Assembly (NCBI GenBank): GCA_012512325.1
Contig: JAAZEL010000069.1
Span: 1,303 to 65,302 of the forward strand
Length of the DNA: 64,000 nucleotides
Direction of reading: 5' to 3'
DNA from: Candidatus Fermentithermobacillaceae bacterium
GTDB taxonomy: Bacteria; Bacillota; Sulfobacillia; Fermentithermobacillales; Fermentithermobacillaceae
Shown: in pieces, positions 45,926 to 56,356 of the stretch
Layout: every line of letters begins with the position of its first letter
Position numbering within the stretch: position 1 is the stretch's first letter
Position numbers and translations under genes: made by a program
Notes under the pieces: generated by a model
The model's input: the letters and a program-made list of their open reading frames with translations, nothing else
What the model was told of the DNA's origin: nothing
Databases searched by the model: none

Positions 45926-47857
45926 GTGAGCAGGATATGGAGAAGCCTTGCCATTTACGTTTTGCTCATGTTTGTTGCAATATCTTTGGTTGATCTCTTT
46001 GCCCCCAAGGATCAGCTTACCGACATGGACTTCAACCGGTTCCTTTCCCATGTGGAAAAGGGTGAGATAATCTCCATCACGATAACCGACCAGAAATCTG
46101 CGACGGGAGCTGCAATCGGGACTCTGAAGGATGGTACCAAGTTCAAGACGGTTATTCCAATCGATCCGGAGTTGTACCAGCACCTGGTTGCTTCAGGAGT
46201 TGTGGTGGAATTAAGGCTCCCGCAGGAACCGTCAATATGGGTGTCTCTCCTGACGAATATGTTGCCCGCATTGCTAATGGTAGGATCGTTCTTCTACATG
46301 ATGCAGCAAACCCAGGGCGGCGGCAAGCAAGTGATGCAGTTCGGCAGATCCAGGGCGAAATTGCAGACCGATTCCCATCAGAAAGTCACCTTTGCCGATG
46401 TGGCCGGCTGCGATGAAGCCAAGGAAGAATTGCAGGAAATAGTGGACTTTCTTAGGTACCCGAAGAAGTACGTGGAAATGGGCGCCAGGATTCCTAAGGG
46501 CGTCTTGCTTTTCGGAGCTCCGGGCACCGGCAAGACCTATCTGGCCAAGGCGGTGGCAGGGGAGGCCGGCGTGCCCTTCCTGTCCATCAGCGGCTCTGAT
46601 TTTGTGGAGATGTTTGTAGGTGTCGGGGCTGCGAGAGTGAGGGACCTGTTTGAGCAAGCTAAGAAGCGAGCTCCGGCTATCGTTTTCATCGATGAGATCG
46701 ATGCGGTGGGCCGTATGAGGGGGGCTGGCATGGGCGGCGGACACGATGAAAGGGAGCAGACCCTGAACCAGCTCCTGGTGGAAATGGACGGGTTCAGCGT
46801 AAACCAGGGGATTATCGTCATGGCCGCTACCAACAGGCCCGATATCCTAGATCCTGCGCTTCTGAGGCCCGGAAGGTTTGATCGCCAGGTAGTCCTTGAT
46901 AAGCCGGACCTTAAAGCGCGGGTCGAAATACTCAAGGTCCACAGCCGAGGCAAACCTTTGGCGAAGGATGTGAACTTGGAGACCCTGGCTAAGGCCACTC
47001 CCGGGTTTACGCCTGCAGACCTTGAAAACGTGATCAACGAAGCCGCGCTGCTTGCTGCGAGACACAGGAAGAGACGCATTGGAATGCAAGAGCTTGAGGA
47101 AGCGGTTCAAAGGGTGGTTGCAGGGCCCAGGAAGAAATCCAGGTTGATAAGCCCCAAGGAAAAACGGGTTATTGCCTTCCATGAAGCCGGGCATGCATTG
47201 GTTGCCAACAAGCTTCCCAATGCGGATCCCGTCCACGAAGTGGCGATCATTTCGAGAGGGGGCGCTCTGGGGTATACCCTGCAGCTCCCGACTGAAGACA
47301 GGTATCTCATAACCAAATCTGAGATCTTGGACCGTGTCACTTCGACATTGGCAGGGCGGGCTGCGGAAGAGATAATATTCAACGAAGTCTCAAGCGGTGC
47401 CGCAAATGACTTGGAAGTGGCAACCCGTTTGGTGCGTCGGATGATTATGGAGTTTGGCATGTCAGAGAAGTTGGGACCCCTTACTTTCGGCAGGAAGGAA
47501 GGGCAGGTGTTCCTGGGAAGAGATCTTGCCAGGGAAAGGGATTTCTCTGAGGAAGTTGCCGCGGCGATAGACCAGGAAGAAAGCGCCATAATCAAGCAAT
47601 GCTACGAGCGGGCTAAGCAAATCTTGTCTGAGCACCGTGATACCCTGATACTGATTGCCGAGACCCTTCTGGAGAAGGAAACCCTGAAGGCAGAAGAACT
47701 GGAGCGTCTGATGGCGGGTAAGCCCCTTGAGGACGCCGAGCCTGAGCCGGTGAAATCAGGGCAGGACGTTACACCTTCCCATGAGGTGCTGGAGGAAGGG
47801 TTGCCTAAAGAAGTACAGAGGCCAGGCAGGGTGACACCGGTTCCGGAGGTACAGTAG
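45926..47857 (+). CDS. ftsH: ATP-dependent zinc metalloprotease FtsH
   Basis: N-terminal TM pair, AAA+ Walker [14 protein letters not shown], second region of homology, and zinc site HEAGHAL. Confidence 0.95.
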   Translation: MSRIWRSLAIYVLLMFVAISLVDLFAPKDQLTDMDFNRFLSHVEKGEIISITITDQKSATGAAIGTLKDGTKFKTVIPIDPELYQHLVASGVVVELRLPQEPSIWVSLLTNMLPALLMVGSFFYMMQQTQGGGKQVMQFGRSRAKLQTDSHQKVTFADVAGCDEAKEELQEIVDFLRYPKKYVEMGARIPKGVLLFGAPGTGKTYLAKAVAGEAGVPFLSISGSDFVEMFVGVGAARVRDLFEQAKKRAPAIVFIDEIDAVGRMRGAGMGGGHDEREQTLNQLLVEMDGFSVNQGIIVMAATNRPDILDPALLRPGRFDRQVVLDKPDLKARVEILKVHSRGKPLAKDVNLETLAKATPGFTPADLENVINEAALLAARHRKRRIGMQELEEAVQRVVAGPRKKSRLISPKEKRVIAFHEAGHALVANKLPNADPVHEVAIISRGGALGYTLQLPTEDRYLITKSEILDRVTSTLAGRAAEEIIFNEVSSGAANDLEVATRLVRRMIMEFGMSEKLGPLTFGRKEGQVFLGRDLARERDFSEEVAAAIDQEESAIIKQCYERAKQILSEHRDTLILIAETLLEKETLKAEELERLMAGKPLEDAEPEPVKSGQDVTPSHEVLEEGLPKEVQRPGRVTPVPEVQ

Positions 47858-47895
47858 AGCTGCAAGTATTAACCGGTCTGAGTTGACGTAACACA

Positions 47896-47932
47896 CAGCC
47901 GCCGGATGGTCTCCGGCGGCTGTCTTGCGTTT
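47896..47932 (+). terminator. Rho-independent terminator after ftsH (stem CAGCCGCCGGA/TCCGGCGGCTG, loop TGGTC, then TCTTGCGTTTG)
   Basis: Read directly from the sequence. Confidence 0.6.
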
Positions 47933-48008
47933 GAGCCCCTTACTGCCTGCTTGCGGGCTTGTCCTGGGGATGCTGAAGGACTTTTTGTCTTATAGGAAGA
48001 ACATAGCA

Positions 48009-48845
48009 ATGTTGCATATGGAGTTAGATGCGCGGCCCGGGCGAGAAAGCCCGGTCAGGGCGAGAACGTCAGATTCCGGAGGGATTGAGTTGACCTCTGA
48101 ATTTCCGTACGCGGGTTTCGCGGAAGTCTACGATGAGATAATGGCGGATGCGCCTTATGACTTGTGGCTCGAATATATCGAGTCGATCTGGTCTACCCAC
48201 GGTTTCATGCCTGTTTCAGTGCTAGATTTGGCTTGTGGAACAGGCAACATGTCATGGCGCTCGGCCAGAAACGGATACCTGGTAACAGGGCTCGACCGTT
48301 CGGAACAAATGTTGGAAATAGCCCGGCAAAAAGCAAAGGATGAGGGCCTATACATCCGGTTCATCAAAGGCAACATGGAAGACTTTATCCTTGAACGGCA
48401 GCTTGACGCAGCAGTGTGCTTGTTCGACAGCCTCAATTACCTCTTGGAACCAAGTGACGTCCGGTCTTGCTTTAAGTCAGTGTTCAATGCGCTTAATCCC
48501 GGTGGGTGCTTCATGTTTGACGTGAACACCCGGCTAAGGTTGTCTACCGTACCTGATGGCACAATGGTTTTCGAAGGTCCCTGGTATTTTGTTGTGTGGC
48601 GGAACTTCTGGGATGGAGACAACGAGTGGTGGCAGCTTAACCTCACGGGTTTCATCAAACGCAACGGGGTGTGGCAGCGGTTCGATGAGGTTCACAGGGA
48701 AAGGGCGTTTCCTGTGGAAACCCTTGCTGTATGGCTCGAGGAGGCAGGCTTTGAGGTAAAGGGGATTTACGATCCACCTGCTTTCAAGCCGGCTTCTGAA
48801 AGCACCCTTAGAGCTTATTTTGTTGCCCGTAAGCCGGACAGCTGA
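48009..48845 (+). CDS. class I SAM-dependent methyltransferase
   Basis: Motif I VLDLACGTGNMS; AGGAAG RBS before ATG 48009. The ORF track begins at 47925, but that would overlap the ftsH terminator. Confidence 0.7.
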   Translation: MLHMELDARPGRESPVRARTSDSGGIELTSEFPYAGFAEVYDEIMADAPYDLWLEYIESIWSTHGFMPVSVLDLACGTGNMSWRSARNGYLVTGLDRSEQMLEIARQKAKDEGLYIRFIKGNMEDFILERQLDAAVCLFDSLNYLLEPSDVRSCFKSVFNALNPGGCFMFDVNTRLRLSTVPDGTMVFEGPWYFVVWRNFWDGDNEWWQLNLTGFIKRNGVWQRFDEVHRERAFPVETLAVWLEEAGFEVKGIYDPPAFKPASESTLRAYFVARKPDS

Positions 48846-48974
48846 AGTAAAAGGGCACAAACTGTTTCCTCGGCGCGGGTATTATCTCTGCATCCGGGAT
48901 TTATGGCATGCAATGATTTGCATGGGTTCCTACTTGCACATGATAAAACAGCAGACACCATTGGAGGGCGGCTG

Positions 48975-50330
48975 ATGTTACCGGTGACAGAGGGAGAATC
49001 AGACGGCATGTTCAACATGGTAGAACTGGAACCCGGTATAGTGCTTCATTATCTGCCTGAATCAAAATGGAAGACCCTGTCAATCGACGTTTTTTGCAAG
49101 ATCCCTGCAATGGCCGACAAACTTGCGATCCTCTCCCTGGTACCCAGGCTGGCGGCCAGGGGTACTGAGGCTTTGCCCACTATGCAAGACATCTCACGGT
49201 TCCTGGAGGACATGTACGGCGCCGCCATGGCTGCCGATGCCAGGAAAGTCGGGCCTATCCAGGTGATCAGGTTCGGCATGGACTTACCGTCCCCTTCTCA
49301 CCTGAACGAGAATATATCGAGGGTGTCCCACGGTTCCATTGTGTCCCGGGCGTTTTGTTTCGTGTGGGACCTGGCTACCCGGCCGAACCTGAGAGACGGC
49401 GCCTATCCCCGAGAGGTGTTTGAGGTTGAACGGGACGAGCACAGGCGGGCCATAGCCGGCCTGATCAACAACCGCCCTTATTACGCCACAATCCGCCTTA
49501 TGGATGAGATGTCCCAAGGCGACCCGAGGGGGCTACCGGCGTGGGGGAGGCTAGCGGACCTTGACAAAGCCACCTCCCGGGATACATGGAACACGTGGAA
49601 ACAAGTGCTCTCCCGATGTGCTGTGAGCATTTACGCCGTAGGTGACGGGGCCGAGGAAGTAGCTGAGTTTCTAGGCGGTCACAGGCTGCAGTTTCCGCAT
49701 GGAAGGTCGGTCCGGGTGATGGATCTATCACCTGAGCTGGACCCGCCACCCCTGCCCGAGGATGTGTTGAGGGCTGAGGATTTCCTGCCGGGGGAGCAGA
49801 CGGTGCTGTGCATGGCCTTCAGCACCGGAATCCGCGAAGGGGATCCCAAAGTGCCTGCCATGTTGTTTTGCGACGGTATCCTCGGGGGACTCCCCCATTC
49901 CAAGCTGTTTACCGTTGTAAGGGAGCAGCATGGACTGGCGTATTTCTCGGGTACAATCCCAAATACCTGGCGCGGTTTGGTTATCGCCACTTCGGGTATC
50001 TCAGACGATGACAGGGCGGAAGTTGAGGACTTGATTGTCGGTCAGGTTGAAGCCATGAAACAAGGCCATATTTCAGACGAGGAGATGGAGAGTACTAGGA
50101 GGGGGCTGGTCAGGAGGCTGATGACGGAAGGTGACTCCCAGACAGCCCTTGTCATGCGGTCCCTTAGCCACGAAATACTTGGAGGGATGGCTACGCCCCG
50201 AGCACTTGCGGATGCTATCCTGAAAGTGACCAAAGACGACGTGGTCGAAGTGGCGTCAAAGATGGAACTGAAAGCAGTGCACACTCTGAGGGCAAAGGAA
50301 GATGCAATTGAAGAATCGCACTATCCTTAA
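48975..50330 (+). CDS. M16-family (pitrilysin-like) protein lacking the HxxEH zinc site (likely non-catalytic partner subunit)
   Basis: M16 fold without an HxxEH motif; GGAGGG RBS. Paired with the downstream catalytic M16 gene (29-nt overlap). Confidence 0.65.
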   Translation: MLPVTEGESDGMFNMVELEPGIVLHYLPESKWKTLSIDVFCKIPAMADKLAILSLVPRLAARGTEALPTMQDISRFLEDMYGAAMAADARKVGPIQVIRFGMDLPSPSHLNENISRVSHGSIVSRAFCFVWDLATRPNLRDGAYPREVFEVERDEHRRAIAGLINNRPYYATIRLMDEMSQGDPRGLPAWGRLADLDKATSRDTWNTWKQVLSRCAVSIYAVGDGAEEVAEFLGGHRLQFPHGRSVRVMDLSPELDPPPLPEDVLRAEDFLPGEQTVLCMAFSTGIREGDPKVPAMLFCDGILGGLPHSKLFTVVREQHGLAYFSGTIPNTWRGLVIATSGISDDDRAEVEDLIVGQVEAMKQGHISDEEMESTRRGLVRRLMTEGDSQTALVMRSLSHEILGGMATPRALADAILKVTKDDVVEVASKMELKAVHTLRAKEDAIEESHYP

Positions 50331-51603
50331 GGATGAGCTTCTCAAGGAAGAGATCCATGGGGCCGTTATAGACGGAGTTAGAGTTTTTGTGCTACCCAAG
50401 AAAGGTTTCCGTAGGAAGTATGCTGAGATATCGGTGCATTACGGCTCGAACGACAACGCGTTCATACCCAACGGCGGAGGTGATCCGGTCCATGTCCCCC
50501 CAGGTATAGCCCATTTTCTTGAACACAAGATGTTTGAAAAACCATGGGGGGAAGCCTTCTCTGCGTTTGCGGGCATAGGGGCGTCGGCAAACGCCTACAC
50601 GGCCAATAACTACACTTCGTATCTTTTTTGGACCTTGGAAAACCTCCTGCAAGCTTTGGAACTTCTGATGGAGGTTGTGTTCTCCCCCCATTTCACCGAT
50701 GAATCCGTGGAGAAAGAAAAAAGCTTAATCGCCCAGGAAATCCGCATGTACCAGGATCAACCGGGTTCAAGGCTCTTCAGGGAGACCCTTTCGTCCCTCT
50801 TTCTGGAGCACCCGGTGCGTTTGGACATAGCCGGCACGGAAAGCTCCATCAAGCAGGTGGCCAAGGAACTCCTCCATCTATGCCACTCGACTTTCTACTG
50901 CGGCGCCAATGCTAGTCTGTACATCGCCGGAGATTTGGACCCCGACGAAGCCCTTGAACTGGCGGCAGGGGTAATCGCCCGGAGGGGCCTTAAGCCTTGC
51001 AGGCCGCCTGAACGCATACGTCCACGGGAGCCTGAGAAGGTAGGCGGCGATGTCAGGATCAATATGCCTGTGCCCACGCCCTTACTCCAAATAGGGTGGA
51101 AGGATGTAAATCTCAAAGACGGCCGGGAACTGGTAGTGCGTGAGAGCTCTGTCAACATGCTGCTGGAGCTCATGTTCGGCAGGAGCTCTTCGTTGTTCAA
51201 GAAAGCCCATGAGGAAGGGTTGGCTGACATCATCAACTTCTCATACGAGGCCTGGCCTGACTATGGTTTCGCGCTGGTTGGCGCCGAAACTGCAAACCCT
51301 GATAAGCTGAGAGATATGGTGTTTGATGAAATCGACGACATCAAGCGCAGGGGTGTGGATCCACGGGATTTTCAAAGGTTGAAGAAAACTTGGTGGGGCC
51401 GGTTCATCGCGCTGTTCGACTCATTTGACACGGTAGGGCAGCTTCAGATGCGCCTGTCTGATATCGGCGAAGACGTGTTTTCCTACGGGTCCATGTTAAG
51501 GGAGCTCGACTTTGATGCAGTAATATCCGGCCTGGATTGCCTTGATGACAGGCGTTCGGCGACTACCGTTATCGCCGACGGCAGAAATAACAAGGATGCA
51601 TGA
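50302..51603 (+). CDS. M16-family zinc peptidase (HxxEH active site present)
   Basis: Inverted zincin motif HFLEH at the N-terminus (GIAHFLEHKMFEK). Confidence 0.75.
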   Translation: MQLKNRTILKDELLKEEIHGAVIDGVRVFVLPKKGFRRKYAEISVHYGSNDNAFIPNGGGDPVHVPPGIAHFLEHKMFEKPWGEAFSAFAGIGASANAYTANNYTSYLFWTLENLLQALELLMEVVFSPHFTDESVEKEKSLIAQEIRMYQDQPGSRLFRETLSSLFLEHPVRLDIAGTESSIKQVAKELLHLCHSTFYCGANASLYIAGDLDPDEALELAAGVIARRGLKPCRPPERIRPREPEKVGGDVRINMPVPTPLLQIGWKDVNLKDGRELVVRESSVNMLLELMFGRSSSLFKKAHEEGLADIINFSYEAWPDYGFALVGAETANPDKLRDMVFDEIDDIKRRGVDPRDFQRLKKTWWGRFIALFDSFDTVGQLQMRLSDIGEDVFSYGSMLRELDFDAVISGLDCLDDRRSATTVIADGRNNKDA

Positions 51604-51654
51604 GGTCCGGGGCCAAGGCTTGCAGCTGCAGGACAAGAACCCAAAGGGAGAGGG

Positions 51655-52965
51655 GTGTTGAAGGTGGTTCATGCTGACACCGTCAGGCGGCCCGGAAAGG
51701 TGTTTGCCGACATGGTGATAACCAATATAGGCCAGCTCCTTACAATGAACCCCGGTAAAGGGCCAAAGAGGGGCGCTGAAGCAAGGGATTTGGGGATAAT
51801 CGAAAACGCTTTTCTGGCTGCCAGTCAAGGGAAGGTGGCGGCATGCGGGCCGCAGGCTGCGTTTTCCGAAACGGTTGAGCTTGTGGCCGGGGCTACGGTA
51901 ATAGACGCCGGCGGCAAGGTGGTTGCCCCTGGTTTCATAGATTGCCACACCCATGTGGTGTTTGCAGGTTGGCGTGGGGAAGAGTACGGAATGAGGAGCC
52001 GGGGTGCCTCCTACTTGGAGATCGCTGCCAAAGGCGGGGGCATCATGAGCACTGTGCGGGCAACCAGGGCTGCTTCCAGAGAGGAACTGATTGAGAGGAC
52101 CCTTGGGTTCTTGGATGAGATGCTGAGCCTGGGAACAACCTCATGCGAGGGAAAAAGCGGCTACGGGCTGAACTTGGAAACGGAAATCAAACAACTTGAG
52201 GTAATCAGAGAGTGCAGCCGCCTCCATCCTGTAGATATTGTTCCCACCTTCATGGGCGCCCACGCTTTTCCGCCGGAGTTCAAGCACGACCGTAAGGGCT
52301 ACATCGATGAAGTGATTAGGATGCTTGAACCTGTAAGCCGTCTGAAACTGGCCAGGTTTGCAGACGTGTTCTGCGATGTTGGCAACTTTACCGTGGAAGA
52401 GAGCAGGCTTATCCTGGAAGAGGCCAGGAAACACGGGTTTGAGCTGAAGCTTCATGCAGATGAACTCGAGAATACAGGGGCAACCGAGCTGGCTTGTGAA
52501 CTGGGGGCAGTGTCCTGCGACCACCTGATCAAAGTGTCCCAAAGGGGCATTGAGATGCTGGCCGAAAGTGACACAATAACCGTGCTGCTTCCGGCCACGT
52601 CGTGCTTCCTGGGTGAGTTCCCGGGCGCTCCCGGTAGGAGGCTCATTGACAGCGGGGCGGCTGTGGCGATTGCCACCGACTTCAACCCGGGCACGTGCAC
52701 TGCAATGTCTATGCCCCTGGTGATGACTTTGGCTTGCTCTGTGCTGGGCTTTTCACCGGAAGAGGCTTTTGTGGCGGCTACCTGGAATGCCGGGTGGGCC
52801 GCAGGCTTGGGCGGGATTGCAGGAGGCTTCGCCCAGGGCTTAGCTATGGACGCGGTGATCTTTGATACCCAGGACTACCTTGATGTGCCTTACAGGTTTG
52901 GCACAAATCTTGTCCACACGGTGATAAAAGCAGGAAAACCGGTGAGGAGCAAGAACAATAAGTAA
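51655..52965 (+). CDS. hutI: imidazolonepropionase-like amidohydrolase (HutI family)
   Basis: PGFIDCHTHVVFAGWR, GTTSCEGKSGYGL and AFPPE motifs are characteristic of HutI-type amidohydrolases. No hutH/hutU is present in the window. Confidence 0.75.
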   Translation: MLKVVHADTVRRPGKVFADMVITNIGQLLTMNPGKGPKRGAEARDLGIIENAFLAASQGKVAACGPQAAFSETVELVAGATVIDAGGKVVAPGFIDCHTHVVFAGWRGEEYGMRSRGASYLEIAAKGGGIMSTVRATRAASREELIERTLGFLDEMLSLGTTSCEGKSGYGLNLETEIKQLEVIRECSRLHPVDIVPTFMGAHAFPPEFKHDRKGYIDEVIRMLEPVSRLKLARFADVFCDVGNFTVEESRLILEEARKHGFELKLHADELENTGATELACELGAVSCDHLIKVSQRGIEMLAESDTITVLLPATSCFLGEFPGAPGRRLIDSGAAVAIATDFNPGTCTAMSMPLVMTLACSVLGFSPEEAFVAATWNAGWAAGLGGIAGGFAQGLAMDAVIFDTQDYLDVPYRFGTNLVHTVIKAGKPVRSKNNK

Positions 52966-53016
52966 TTGCAGCTTCTTGGAAGCCAAGGAGCTTGATGCCC
53001 GCTTTGACGGACTTAG

Positions 53017-53277
53017 GTGGTGAAAACAGTGGATCGGGACAACGAAAGAATTCTCCATGGCCTCAGGGAACAGGACTTGGAAAAGCAGTATCGCTCCGAG
53101 TTTCAGAGATATGAAGAATGGAGGGCTTTGCAGGCAGAGGCGCCTGTGGCTCAAGCGACTGAGACTAAGGAGCAGCCGAAACAACAACCCAAGAAGGGTT
53201 TCACCAAGCTTGATTTCATATTCCTGGGTCTCGGGTTCCTGGTAGCAATGCTCTGGCGTGGATGTCAGTCATCCTAG
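53017..53277 (+). CDS. hypothetical small protein with C-terminal TM helix
   Basis: 86-aa ORF with a charged N-terminus and C-terminal LDFIFLGLGFLVAMLW; coding status uncertain. Confidence 0.3.
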   Translation: MVKTVDRDNERILHGLREQDLEKQYRSEFQRYEEWRALQAEAPVAQATETKEQPKQQPKKGFTKLDFIFLGLGFLVAMLWRGCQSS

Positions 53278-53357
53278 CGCAGTGGGGAAGGCAGCGGCCC
53301 GCCGGAGCTTTCTGCTTCTGATTCAATGTAGCGCAGTTTCAAGTCAGGAAAGGGGAG

Positions 53358-55064
53358 TTGGTCTTGAAGTCAGACATTGGAATTGCCCAATCGGCCAATA
53401 TGTTACCGGTTATAGAGATTACCAGACGCCTAGGGATACCTGATGACTACGTAGAGAATTACGGCAAGTACAAAGCCAAACTTACCCTTGATTTGCTGGA
53501 CTACCTGAAAGACCGTCCTAAAGGGAAGTACATAGTGGTCACCGCTATCACTCCCACCCCTCTGGGCGAAGGCAAGACCACAACGGCCATCGGGCTCGGT
53601 CAAGCCATGGGCAGGTTGGGTAAGAGCGTGATAAACACCATACGCCAGCCTTCCTTGGGTCCGGTGTTCGGTATTAAGGGAGGGGCCGCAGGCGGTGGCT
53701 ACGCGCAATGCGTCCCTATGGAAGATTTCAACCTCCACTTCACCGGAGATACCCATGCAGTGGCCCTGGCCCACAACCTGCTGGCAGCGTTTCTTGATGC
53801 AAGCATACTGCATAAGAACCCGCTCAACATAGATCCCCTTACGATAACCTGGCCAAGGGTAGTGGATGTGTCCGATCGGGCGCTCAGGAATATCGTGATA
53901 GGTCTGGGCGGCGCCCAGAACGGATATCCGAGAGAGACAGGTTTCGACATTGCGGTTGCGTCTGAAGTCATGGCGATATTGGCTCTGACTACCGGCCTAA
54001 AGGACCTCAGGGAGAGATTAGGCCGCATTGTCGTTGGGTACTCCTATGACGGCAAGCCTGTGACCGCCGAGGATCTGAGATGCGCAGGCGCCATGGCAGT
54101 GCTTATGAAGGATGCCATAAAGCCCAATGTGATACAGACCCTTGAAAACACACCGGTGTTTGTCCATGCCGGCCCCTTTGCTAACATAGCCCACGGTAAC
54201 TCGTCGGTGCTTGCTGATATGATGGCACTGCGCCTGGCTGATTATACAATCACGGAAGCAGGTTTCGGAGCTGACATAGGTGCCGAGAAGATGTTCAACA
54301 TCAAGTGTCGCCAGGGCGGATTGAAGGTGGATGCGGCTGTGGTGGTAGCCACCATCCGGGCGTTGAAAATGCACGGCGGCGCCATCAAGGCCGTCCCGGG
54401 CAAGCCCTTGGACACTGAAACCTTGGCTAAAGAGAACATCGAAGCGCTTGACAAAGGTTGCGAAAACCTCGACAAGCAGATCGAAAACGTCCTCCTGCAC
54501 GGAGTCCCGGTTATCGTGGCTCTGAACCACTTCCCCACGGACACCGACAAAGAAATAGAGTTTGTGCTGGGCAGGGCTAAGAAAGCCGGCGCTTCCGCTG
54601 CGGTTGTATCAAGAGTGTGGGCTGAAGGTGGTGCAGGCGGCATAGACCTCGCCAAAGCAGTCATCGATGTGACTGAAAACGAGCCTTCTGATTTCAAGTT
54701 CCTCTATCCGCTGGATGCACCAATCAAAGAAAAGATCGAGACGATTGCCACCAAGATCTACGGGGCGGACGGCGTGGATTACCTGCCTCTGGCCAACAGG
54801 CAGATCAGGCGTTATACCAGGTTGGGCTTTGGCAACCTGCCTATCTGCATGGCCAAGACGCACCTGTCCTTGTCCCATGACCCCAACCTCAAGGGGCGGC
54901 CGAGGAACTTCAGGGTAACGGTGAGGGAGGTCCGTGCGTCTATGGGAGCCGGCTTCCTGTATCCCTTGCTCGGTGAGATGCGCACCATGCCAGGACTTCC
55001 TTCAGATCCGGCAGGGGCACACATGGATATCGACGAAAACGGCAAGATCATTGGTTTGTTCTAA
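53358..55064 (+). CDS. fhs: formate--tetrahydrofolate ligase
   Basis: SDIGIAQSANMLPVIEI..., P-loop PTPLGEGKTTTAIGL, full-length FTHFS. Confidence 0.9.
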   Translation: MVLKSDIGIAQSANMLPVIEITRRLGIPDDYVENYGKYKAKLTLDLLDYLKDRPKGKYIVVTAITPTPLGEGKTTTAIGLGQAMGRLGKSVINTIRQPSLGPVFGIKGGAAGGGYAQCVPMEDFNLHFTGDTHAVALAHNLLAAFLDASILHKNPLNIDPLTITWPRVVDVSDRALRNIVIGLGGAQNGYPRETGFDIAVASEVMAILALTTGLKDLRERLGRIVVGYSYDGKPVTAEDLRCAGAMAVLMKDAIKPNVIQTLENTPVFVHAGPFANIAHGNSSVLADMMALRLADYTITEAGFGADIGAEKMFNIKCRQGGLKVDAAVVVATIRALKMHGGAIKAVPGKPLDTETLAKENIEALDKGCENLDKQIENVLLHGVPVIVALNHFPTDTDKEIEFVLGRAKKAGASAAVVSRVWAEGGAGGIDLAKAVIDVTENEPSDFKFLYPLDAPIKEKIETIATKIYGADGVDYLPLANRQIRRYTRLGFGNLPICMAKTHLSLSHDPNLKGRPRNFRVTVREVRASMGAGFLYPLLGEMRTMPGLPSDPAGAHMDIDENGKIIGLF

Positions 55065-55167
55065 TCGCTGTTGTTAACCCTGGATGATTAGTTGACAAAC
55101 GTTTAAATGCGGGCTGCATAGGGGGCGGGCAATCCGGCCTTATGCAGCCCGCTTCCGGTTAGGGAGA

Positions 55168-56178
55168 GTGGGTTCTATGGGTTCAATTTCGGATGTCAAA
55201 GGGATCAAAGTGGGCCATGCCGTCGATTCACAAGGTATCACAGGGATTAGCGTAGTGCTGTGTGAAGACGGGGCGGTGGGCAGTGCAGTCGTGGTAGGAG
55301 GGGCTCCGGGCACCCGGGAGACGGATTTGCTGAGGCCTTCGTATACCACAAACGAAGTGCACGGCGTGTTTCTCACAGGTGGTTCGGCCTTCGGTCTCAA
55401 TGCAGCGGAAGGCATTGTGAGATACTTGGAAGAGAGGCAGATCGGATTTGACACCGGGATAGCCAAAGTGCCTATTGTGGCGGGCGCGGTCATATTCGAT
55501 CTGGGGGTAGGCGACCCCCGATGCAGGCCCACTCCCGACATGGCATACGCTGCGTGCGTCGATGCCGGACGGGGTGAGCCTCTTTCAGGAAACGTGGGTG
55601 CAGGTATCGGTGCTACCGTGGGCAAGTTGTTCGGTCCCGAATACCTCATGAAGTCAGGTTTGGGCAATGGATATGTCCAACTTGAAAACGGGGTGTCCGT
55701 AGGGTGTGTCATGGTCGTGAACGCAGTCGGCGACGTGTATGACCCCGGCACCGGGCAGATCCTGGCGGGGGCCTACGACCGTAAATCCCGCAGGTTCTTG
55801 AACTGTGGGAATCCCCAAGAATCGGGGGGCCGGCCCGGAGGTTTTGAAGACCTGGCAGGACGGAGCACTACCATCGGGGTGGTGGCAACCGATGCGCCGT
55901 TGACCAAGGAAGAATGCAGGCGGGTAGCCATCATGGCCCTGGGCGGGCTTGCCCAGGCAATAAGGCCGGTGTTTACGCCTTTCGACGGGGATACCATCTT
56001 TGTGGTTTCCACGGGCAAGAGCGGGCACGGGTCTCTTGAGAGTTCCGGATTGAGAGCGCCCCTTGTGTCGCAAATCGGAATTGCCGCCCAACACGTGGTA
56101 AGGGACGCAGTGGTGGACGCTGTAACCGGTTGCCGGGGATTGGCGGGCATTCCGGCAAGATGCGACCTTGGTTTGTAA
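55168..56178 (+). CDS. S58/P1-family peptidase (DmpA/NylB-like L-aminopeptidase/D-esterase)
   Basis: SISDVKGIKVGHAVD...TGISVVL N-terminal signature and an Ntn-hydrolase-like core. Confidence 0.65.
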   Translation: MGSMGSISDVKGIKVGHAVDSQGITGISVVLCEDGAVGSAVVVGGAPGTRETDLLRPSYTTNEVHGVFLTGGSAFGLNAAEGIVRYLEERQIGFDTGIAKVPIVAGAVIFDLGVGDPRCRPTPDMAYAACVDAGRGEPLSGNVGAGIGATVGKLFGPEYLMKSGLGNGYVQLENGVSVGCVMVVNAVGDVYDPGTGQILAGAYDRKSRRFLNCGNPQESGGRPGGFEDLAGRSTTIGVVATDAPLTKEECRRVAIMALGGLAQAIRPVFTPFDGDTIFVVSTGKSGHGSLESSGLRAPLVSQIGIAAQHVVRDAVVDAVTGCRGLAGIPARCDLGL

Positions 56179-56356
56179 GGACTCTGTTTTGTAGCTTTGT
56201 TTGACTGAATGTACGCAGATGAATATATACTGAATGAGGGAAGAACCCAGGAAAACGGGTGGCAGACATCCCGTCGCCACACCATTCACTTACCAAAGCT
56301 ATATGGATTCCAACGGCATTCCCGGGAGAGGAAGCCGGAATGGAGGTGCCTCTACG

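Noticed and set aside
56179-56356. Riboswitch (THF, TPP or preQ1) upstream of the ECF S component
   Set aside because: I could not match the leader to the conserved cores of these riboswitch classes; there is only a generic hairpin (GGTGGC...GCCAC). It is left as untested.
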